DNA from: Octopus sinensis
Lineage: Eukaryota
Length of the DNA stretch: 64,000 bases
NCBI RefSeq assembly: GCF_006345805.1
Contig: NC_042998.1
Span: forward strand, 194,990,001 to 195,054,000
Direction of reading: 5' to 3'
The translations under genes and the position numbers were made by a program. Shown piece after piece: positions 62,159 through 64,000 of this stretch (position 1 is the first letter of the stretch; every line of letters starts with the position of its first letter). The notes under the pieces were generated by a model. That model searched no databases. It was not told the origin of the DNA and saw only the letters and a list, made by a program, of their open reading frames with translations.

Positions 62159-63058
62159 AATGTATGTATATGTATACATATATATATAGATATATAACGT
62201 TTGTTTTTTTCCTTTTTTACAATGCAACCCATGCACATATACACACTCACACTCATATGTATACATATATATGCGTATTCACTTTCTCATACAAATACAC
62301 CTTGCACTGAAATACTTATACATACATACATATATTACATACATACATTACATACATACATACATACATGCATACATACATACGTACATACATACATACA
62401 TATATACATTCATACATACACACATACATACATACACACACACACACATACATACACACACATACATACATACATACATACATGCATACATACATACATA
62501 CATGCATACATGCATACATGCATACATGCATACATGCATACATGCATACATGCATACATACATACACACACATACATACATGCATACATGCATACATGCA
62601 TACATACGTACATACAAACACACATACATACATACACACATACATACATGCATACATACATACATACATACATACATACATACATACATACACTCATATA
62701 TACACATACATTTCTACACACTTACACACAAATACTTATACAAACACTTACATGCATGCGTACGAATCTTTGTGCTTTCAGCTTTTCGCTGAACCAAATA
62801 ACAGGTGTTGTAACAGTGAGCAATTGTCTTTCGCCTGGAATAAGCCCATGTCTGGATTATGAAGTGAAGCGACAATATAACCTCACTGTGTTAATTGTGG
62901 ATAACAAAAACAACCCAAGCAATCTCCAGAAGAAGCAGGTGGAGTTGATCATCAATATATTGGATGAGAATGATAATGCCCCTATATTCTCTCAGTCTGT
63001 GTATTATGGGAAAATATTAGAAGGAAATACCAATATGCTTGATGATGTTCTTGTCAAT
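3468..63058 (+). CDS. Cad87A: Cadherin-87A-like gene (partial, 14 exons, EC1-EC5 plus start of EC6)
   Basis: 14 GT-AG exons with compatible phases give a stop-free 1775-nt frame. Cadherin linkers DTNDVIP, DVADSPP, DINDNRP, DVNDNAP, DENDNAP and LDRE/IDYE/LDYE motifs are present. The N-terminal DLPPRF, the EC2 Cys pair ([14 protein letters not shown]) and the EC5 Cys pair (SNC...CLDYE) match my recollection of Drosophila Cad87A; orthology not computed. Confidence 0.85.
4064..4625 (-). mobile_element. R4/Dong-like non-LTR retrotransposon fragment (CCHC plus restriction-like endonuclease)
   Basis: [18 protein letters not shown]...RHD; [25 protein letters not shown]. Confidence 0.82.
4793..5381 (-). 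mobile_element. MetaSINE-like family C, trimeric body
   Basis: three 185-bp units; core GGTCGACTTTGCCTTTCATCC..AAGTACCAG. Confidence 0.9.
5520..5900 (-). mobile_element. SINE family A (antisense)
   Basis: full-length reverse complement. Confidence 0.92.
6048..6853 (+). mobile_element. SINE family A with Penelope-like relic in its internal (TA)n
   Basis: head 6048, insert about 6300-6610, tail 6853. Confidence 0.9.
6465..6507 (+). ncRNA. type I hammerhead ribozyme (minimal, Penelope-type)
   Basis: CCAC-CTGAAGA-TTGTC(GATCAA)GACAA-GAAAC(GATT)GTA/GTGG; full core, all three stems pair. Confidence 0.8.
7153..7483 (+). mobile_element. CR1 LINE 3' end
   Basis: RRGAFSV...[16 protein letters not shown]; (AACT)n tail; same family as 42700-43190. 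Confidence 0.9.
7565..7611 (+). ncRNA. decayed hammerhead motif
   Basis: CAT-CTGATGA...GAAAC-TTTAA-GTA/ATG; core and stems I and III intact, base of stem II disrupted. Confidence 0.5.
7726..8107 (+). mobile_element. tRNA(Arg)-like SINE family B (OR-type)
   Basis: A box TGGCCCAGTGG, TCG anticodon-like loop, B box GTTTC(A/G)ATTCC. Confidence 0.9.
8797..9200 (+). mobile_element. SINE family A
   Basis: full-length copy. Confidence 0.92.
9400..10480. repeat. (ATGT)n/(GT)n microsatellite, about 1 kb
   Basis: source of the MYVC/HTYI pseudo-ORFs. Confidence 0.98.
11340..11876 (+). mobile_element. mariner transposase remnant (N-terminal half), cut by a SINE
   Basis: [26 protein letters not shown]...KWVPHSL...IVTCD. 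Confidence 0.85.
11877..12286 (+). mobile_element. SINE family A
   Basis: full-length copy. Confidence 0.92.
12545..13495. mobile_element. hAT (Charlie-like) MITE
   Basis: right TIR GGTTGAGAACCCCTG, degenerate left TIR CTGTGATACTCAACC; 8-bp TSD-like CTCAAGAC/CTGTAGAC. Confidence 0.7.
12565..13180. repeat. 19-bp minisatellite (GAGAGTCCATATGGCCCCC), about 32 copies
   Basis: period 19 measured at 12902/12921/12940; explains the 19-aa repeat ORFs. Confidence 0.95.
13646..14061 (+). mobile_element. SINE family C, dimeric body
   Basis: two 184-bp units; TSD GGTATTATTGTCAGGATA. Confidence 0.92.
14133..14263 (+). CDS. cadherin exon e2 ([14 protein letters not shown]...RNIDYE)
   Basis: tttag|GT ... 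GAG|gtaaga; 131 nt, phase 1-0. Confidence 0.95.
14500..17350 (-). mobile_element. Gypsy-like LTR retrotransposon pol pseudogene
   Basis: protease [24 protein letters not shown], RNase [11 protein letters not shown], integrase tail [13 protein letters not shown]; many stops; SINE inserted at 16137. Confidence 0.88.
16137..16367 (+). mobile_element. SINE family C, monomer
   Basis: TSD TATATAGGAATT; inserted in the Gypsy remnant. Confidence 0.9.
17465..17917 (+). mobile_element. SINE family A
   Basis: full-length copy. Confidence 0.92.
18258..18308 (+). CDS. cadherin exon e3 ([17 protein letters not shown])
   Basis: taccag|AAC ... GAG|gtatgt; 51 nt, phase 0-0. Confidence 0.9.
18442..18544. 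repeat. about 38-bp inverted repeat, Penelope-tail type
   Basis: CTTTATTTAAAGCAGCAGAAAATTCAACAAAAC and its reverse complement; direct copy with GAAACTCAGAGTA at about 18946-18995. Confidence 0.85.
18664..18893 (+). mobile_element. SINE family C, monomer
   Basis: full-length, in (TA)n. Confidence 0.9.
19435..19516 (+). ncRNA. type I hammerhead ribozyme, long stem II
   Basis: CCATG-CTGATGA-[A GAAT..GGTT..TAAAG..CTTTA..AACC..ATTC A]-GAAAC(GCGC)GTC/CATGG. Confidence 0.78.
19924..20580 (-). mobile_element. 5'-truncated RTE LINE (ORF end, 3'UTR, (GAT)n tail)
   Basis: [29 protein letters not shown] then UTR with GGTTGGCGTTAGGAAGGGCATCCAGC. Confidence 0.9.
20769..20876. repeat. 48-bp inverted repeat (hairpin) containing hammerhead 3' half
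   Basis: arms 20769-20816 and 20829-20876, one mismatch, 12-nt loop; right arm begins GAAACGATTGTA. Confidence 0.92.
21343..21432 (+). CDS. cadherin exon e4 ([30 protein letters not shown])
   Basis: ttcag|GTG ... GAA|gtaagt; 90 nt. Confidence 0.95.
21869..22279 (+). mobile_element. SINE family A
   Basis: full-length; TSD AGCTTTCCATTT. Confidence 0.93.
22300..23945 (+). mobile_element. old RTE (BovB-like) LINE, endonuclease to RT fragments
   Basis: [11 protein letters not shown]; [28 protein letters not shown] (degenerate); interrupted by SINE at 23207. Confidence 0.75.
23207..23614 (+). mobile_element. SINE family A
   Basis: full-length copy. Confidence 0.92.
23946..24533 (-). mobile_element. 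SINE family C, trimeric body
   Basis: three 184-bp units. Confidence 0.9.
25472..25570 (+). CDS. cadherin exon e5 ([19 protein letters not shown]...TCNPGTA)
   Basis: ccacag|AAT ... GCG|gtgaga; 99 nt. Confidence 0.93.
25780..26060 (-). mobile_element. SINE family B head with a different 3' tail
   Basis: B head, tail GGCTAAAACAATGCGAAG. Confidence 0.82.
26600..27140 (-). mobile_element. Penelope-like element (Neptune-type) GIY-YIG endonuclease fragment
   Basis: ORF 26612-26959: [25 protein letters not shown]...[14 protein letters not shown]. Confidence 0.88.
27143..27640 (+). mobile_element. V-domain-like SINE fragment fused to RTE 3'UTR
   Basis: TGCGATGGACTGGCATCCCGTC block followed by RTE UTR repeats and (GAT)n. 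Confidence 0.7.
28358..28409 (-). ncRNA. type I hammerhead ribozyme
   Basis: minus strand GCATCA-CTGATGA-GC..GC-GAAA-TTGG(TGTG)CCATT-C/TGATGC; one stem III mismatch. Confidence 0.7.
29598..29980 (+). mobile_element. SINE family B
   Basis: full-length; TSD ATTAATCAAA. Confidence 0.92.
30043..30180 (+). CDS. cadherin exon e6 (HQEDCQTF...[16 protein letters not shown])
   Basis: tttacag|CAT ... TTT|gtaagt; 138 nt. Confidence 0.95.
30254..30385. repeat. perfect spacerless 132-bp palindrome
   Basis: 66-bp arms exactly reverse-complementary, centred on AAGCTT (30319/30320). Confidence 0.97.
30318..30368 (+). ncRNA. type I hammerhead motif inside perfect palindrome
   Basis: AGCTTC-CTGATGA-TTTC(TTTT)GAAT-GAAACAG(TTCTAGTC)CTGTA/GAAGCT; U-U pair at base of stem II. 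Confidence 0.72.
30653..30711 (-). ncRNA. type I hammerhead ribozyme (minimal stem III)
   Basis: minus strand GTTGCG-CTGAGGA-CGGG..CCCA-GAAACACGTC/TGTAAC. Confidence 0.62.
31059..31095 (-). ncRNA. hammerhead-like motif, variant core CTGTTGA
   Basis: minus strand CCTTT-CTGTTGA-A-GAG(CGTAGT)CTC-GAAACATA/AAAGG. Confidence 0.45.
31204..31264 (+). ncRNA. type I hammerhead ribozyme, canonical
   Basis: TTATCG-CTGAAGA-GGGG..CCCC-GAAA-TTG(GGAC)CAA-TA/CGGTAA; all stems pair. Confidence 0.82.
31609..31644 (-). ncRNA. hammerhead-like motif, variant core CCGACGA
   Basis: minus strand GTTT-CCGACGA-A-GAG(CTCCA)CTC-GAAACGTC/ATAC. Confidence 0.45.
32040..32352 (+). mobile_element. old SINE related to family B
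   Basis: tRNA head, TTGAGCAAGACACTT..TTGCTCCAG block, B-type 3' half. Confidence 0.72.
32356..32757 (+). mobile_element. SINE family A (older)
   Basis: diverged full-length copy. Confidence 0.88.
33505..34842. mobile_element. long-TIR (foldback-like) element containing a CR1 fragment
   Basis: about 165-bp inverted arms at 33505-33670 and 34672-34842. Confidence 0.7.
33945..34480 (-). mobile_element. CR1 LINE 3' fragment
   Basis: [15 protein letters not shown]; [16 protein letters not shown]. Confidence 0.85.
35902..36015 (+). CDS. cadherin exon e7 (DGVNNKTQ...[10 protein letters not shown]...DEVDKI)
   Basis: ttttcaag|GAC ... ATA|gtaagt; 114 nt. Confidence 0.95.
36822..37080 (-). mobile_element. 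RTE 3'UTR copy
   Basis: (CAT)n plus UTR motif on minus strand. Confidence 0.82.
37095..37400 (-). mobile_element. LINE RT fragment (clade uncertain)
   Basis: [33 protein letters not shown]. Confidence 0.55.
37418..37813 (+). mobile_element. non-autonomous Helitron
   Basis: A|TC start, subterminal GAGCAACGCCGGGCG hairpin region, CTAG|T end. Confidence 0.85.
37829..38039. mobile_element. piggyBac-like MITE
   Basis: TTAA TSDs, CCCTTT/AAAGGG termini, reverse complement of 27-247. Confidence 0.8.
38674..39186 (+). mobile_element. non-autonomous Helitron with distinct cargo
   Basis: same termini; about 225-bp GC-richer interior at 38881-39107. Confidence 0.85.
39358..39755 (-). mobile_element. 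non-autonomous Helitron (inverted near-identical copy of 37418-37813)
   Basis: reverse complement with TC/CTAG termini. Confidence 0.87.
39929..40007 (+). CDS. cadherin exon e8 ([26 protein letters not shown])
   Basis: tctttcag|GGA ... AATG|gtttgt; 79 nt, phase 0-1. Confidence 0.92.
41031..41257 (-). mobile_element. SINE family C, monomer
   Basis: TSD GGACAGATATA; further copies at about 32785-32995 (+) and 44724-44921 (-). Confidence 0.88.
41277..41550 (-). mobile_element. RTE 3'UTR copy
   Basis: UTR motif on minus strand. Confidence 0.82.
41750..42190. repeat. (GAT/GGT)n tract with an internal about 120-bp duplication
   Basis: GTGTTGGCAATGGTGATGGCAGTAG.. occurs twice; ends about 30 nt before e9. 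Confidence 0.9.
42222..42340 (+). CDS. cadherin exon e9 ([15 protein letters not shown]...PLDRE...IDLK)
   Basis: tttag|GT ... AAG|gtaaat; 119 nt, phase 1-0. Confidence 0.95.
42700..43190 (+). mobile_element. CR1 LINE 3' end
   Basis: ORF 42748-43098 [25 protein letters not shown]...WNKLP; (AACT)n tail. Confidence 0.93.
43720..44405 (+). mobile_element. CR1 LINE reverse transcriptase core fragment
   Basis: [21 protein letters not shown]...KIFADDTKL; [12 protein letters not shown]. Confidence 0.92.
44939..45070 (+). mobile_element. short RTE-like LINE 3' end
   Basis: [18 protein letters not shown] followed by (TGA)n. Confidence 0.65.
45260..45454. mobile_element. MITE with 35-bp TIRs
   Basis: GTGACGC(A/G)TATTTGCCATTTGAATATGGCTAACCC at both ends, inverted. 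Confidence 0.85.
45878..45979. repeat. 18-bp tandem repeat (GCACAGAGGTTCAAGAAA), about 5 copies
   Basis: direct reading. Confidence 0.92.
46030..46678 (-). mobile_element. CR1 LINE 3' part (inverted relative to 43720-44405)
   Basis: [16 protein letters not shown]...[19 protein letters not shown]. Confidence 0.85.
46753..47137 (+). mobile_element. SINE family B (shares 5' flank with the 52047 copy)
   Basis: full-length; no own TSD seen. Confidence 0.9.
47354..47753 (+). mobile_element. SINE family A
   Basis: near full-length copy. Confidence 0.9.
48366..48569 (+). CDS. cadherin exon e10 (VREV...[10 protein letters not shown]...VTDADS)
   Basis: tttcag|GTA ... AGT|gtgagt; 204 nt. Confidence 0.96.
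48622..48860 (+). mobile_element. Helentron/HINE-like element
   Basis: GGGTATTG..(GTCT)n..AAACGGATTTTCACCAAATTTGGC core. Confidence 0.45.
49440..50190 (-). mobile_element. mariner remnant
   Basis: [20 protein letters not shown]...KWQECW. Confidence 0.85.
51123..51278 (+). CDS. cadherin exon e11 (RLFANYSF...[13 protein letters not shown])
   Basis: ttacag|AGG ... CAG|gtatgt; 156 nt. Confidence 0.93.
51529..51762 (+). mobile_element. candidate solo LTR
   Basis: TGT...ACA ends, CCAAT boxes, TATATAAG at 51666, AATAAA at 51743; imperfect TSD TTCC/ATCC. Confidence 0.45.
52047..52428 (+). mobile_element. SINE family B
   Basis: full-length; TSD ATTACTAGAAT. Confidence 0.92.
53092..53388 (+). mobile_element. 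SINE family B head with V-domain-like body and poly-A
   Basis: TSD AATACACTGCCT; CGATGGACTGGCGTCCCGTCCAG block. Confidence 0.82.
53575..55190 (-). mobile_element. near full-length decayed mariner with nested RTE insertion
   Basis: TIR GGGATGCTGAAAAG(C/T)TCCTGGCTTT at both ends; ORF 54491-54871 DEPRSG...KWV...MDETWLHHY; RTE 3' end inserted at 53649-54013 with ATATT duplication. Confidence 0.88.
53649..54013 (+). mobile_element. RTE 3'UTR copy nested in mariner
   Basis: UTR motif, (GAT)n tail. Confidence 0.85.
55275..55647 (-). mobile_element. SINE family A (antisense, tail missing)
   Basis: reverse complement lacking the terminal TTGTTTCAG/pyrimidine segment. Confidence 0.9.
55815..55979 (+). 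CDS. cadherin exon e12 (IIARE...DDVNDNAP...IIDID)
   Basis: tttcag|ATA ... GAT|gtaaga; 165 nt. Confidence 0.96.
56225..56605 (-). mobile_element. RTE (BovB-like) LINE C-terminal fragment
   Basis: [22 protein letters not shown]...[11 protein letters not shown]. Confidence 0.88.
56625..57161 (+). mobile_element. RTE 3'UTR copy ending in a 17-bp tandem array
   Basis: UTR motif then (GCCAGATCAAGATTGGG) about 13 times at 56944-57161; no (GAT)n tail. Confidence 0.85.
57290..57672. repeat. (GTT)n then (CCA/CCG)n trinucleotide tract
   Basis: immediately upstream of the e13 acceptor; source of poly-P/H/G/V ORFs. Confidence 0.95.
57689..57765 (+). CDS. cadherin exon e13 ([26 protein letters not shown])
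   Basis: tttttaag|GCT ... CT|gtgagt; 77 nt, phase 0-2. Confidence 0.94.
57827..58210 (+). mobile_element. non-autonomous Helitron, third interior type
   Basis: TC start, shared 3' end ..GCGATACTGCTAG|T. Confidence 0.82.
58592..58973 (+). mobile_element. SINE family B
   Basis: full-length, in (TA)n. Confidence 0.92.
59105..59606 (+). mobile_element. RTE 3'UTR copy with expanded about 59-bp UTR repeats
   Basis: repeated CACCTGTGTCGGTGGCACATAAAA units, (GAT)n tail. Confidence 0.85.
61181..61578 (+). mobile_element. SINE family A
   Basis: full-length; an extra 3' part lies at about 60860-61095. Confidence 0.9.
61630..61897 (+). mobile_element. internally deleted mariner derivative (MITE)
   Basis: TIR GGGGTGTGCTGAAAAGT; carries the same [11 protein letters not shown] 3' segment as the 53575 element. 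Confidence 0.75.
61958..61992 (+). ncRNA. hammerhead-like motif, variant core CCGACGA
   Basis: GTTT-CCGACGA-A-GAGC(TCT)GCTC-GAAACGTT/AAAC; same repeat family as 31514-31690. Confidence 0.48.
62300..62720. repeat. (CATA/CATG)n microsatellite
   Basis: upstream of e14; source of HTYI ORFs. Confidence 0.95.
62782..63058 (+). CDS. cadherin exon e14 (FSLNQITG...CLDYE...DENDNAPIF...VLVN)
   Basis: ctttcag|C ... AAT|gtaagt; 277 nt, phase 2-0. Confidence 0.96.
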
Positions 63059-63312
63059 GTAAGTCTTCACCTTTTCTTTACAAATTACTGAGAAAGTCAT
63101 GTACATCAAATAATCACATTTAAACCATTTGAATGCTTGTACTTTGTACAGACAGCTATTTTAAAAAACAAGAAATTGCACGTTACTGAAGGTATGCTTG
63201 TATGTATACACACTTGTATGTGCATATATATAGAGACAAGTGTGCAAATAAACAAATAAAACTGCTTGGGTATGACATACAAAATATATATACATATATA
63301 TATACATATATA

Positions 63313-63723
63313 AGCGCAGGAGTGGCTGTGTGGTAAGTAGCTTGCTAACCAACCACATGGTTCCGGGTTCAGTCCCACTGCGTGGCATCTTGGGCAAGTG
63401 TCTTCTGCTATAGCCCCGGGCCGACCAATGCCTTGTGAGTGGATTTGGTAGACGGAAACTGAAAGAAGCCTGTCGTATATATGTATATATATATAAGTGT
63501 GTGTGTATATGTTTGTGTGTCTGTGTTTGTCCCCCTAATATTGCTTGACAACCGATGCTGGTGTGTTTACGTCCCCGTCACTCAGCGGTTCGTCAAAAAG
63601 AGACCGATAGAATAAGTACTGGGCTTACAAAGAATAAGTCCCGGGGTCGATTTGCTCGACTAAATGGTGGTGCTCCAGCATGGCCGCAGTCAAATGACTG
63701 AAACAAGTAAAAGAGTAAGAGAG
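63313..63723 (+). mobile_element. SINE family A
   Basis: full-length copy. Confidence 0.92.
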
Positions 63724-64000
63724 TATATACATATCCTCAATTGCTTTATTTACCAAACTACTGTTGATTCAGATTGCTGGTTCCTCTGTTGGGTCCACAT
63801 TCGGTGGACTCTCCTTCTCCCATGCATTCTCCACATTTAGCAGCCTTTCATAGTGGCACTTCTAAGCCGCTTTATTTGCAGAATCACTACGTGCAAATGA
63901 ACCACCATCCATACAAATGCACACTTCATACATACATGGTGGCTGCCCCCCCACCCCGTTCGTTATCGAGTATGGCCACTGCACGAAGCTTAATCAATGT

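Overview
Eukaryotic, AT- and microsatellite-rich genomic DNA. The SINE families and repeat landscape look like an Octopus (coleoid cephalopod) genome; this is inferred from recalled repeat families, not searched. One protein-coding gene is supported: 14 GT-AG exons on the + strand (3468-63058; called e1-e14 here) splice into one open frame of about 592 codons. It encodes cadherin repeats EC1-EC5 and the start of EC6 of a Cad87A-like cadherin; the signal-peptide exon is unresolved and the 3' half lies beyond the window. The introns hold three tRNA-derived SINE families, RTE, CR1, R4/Dong, Penelope and Gypsy fragments, mariner/hAT/piggyBac/Helitron elements and long microsatellites. Almost all ORF-track entries are microsatellite or transposon artefacts. 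The most striking hidden layer is a set of type I hammerhead ribozyme motifs in Penelope-like relics inserted in (TA)n tracts. Several are on the pre-mRNA strand with intact cores, one is locked inside a perfect 132-bp palindrome, and some have variant cores. Other highlights are a candidate 18-nt microexon or recursive splice site, multimeric MetaSINEs, a strong sense-orientation bias of two SINE families, a 19-bp CATATG minisatellite and a complex inversion. No rRNA, functional tRNA or CRISPR array was seen.
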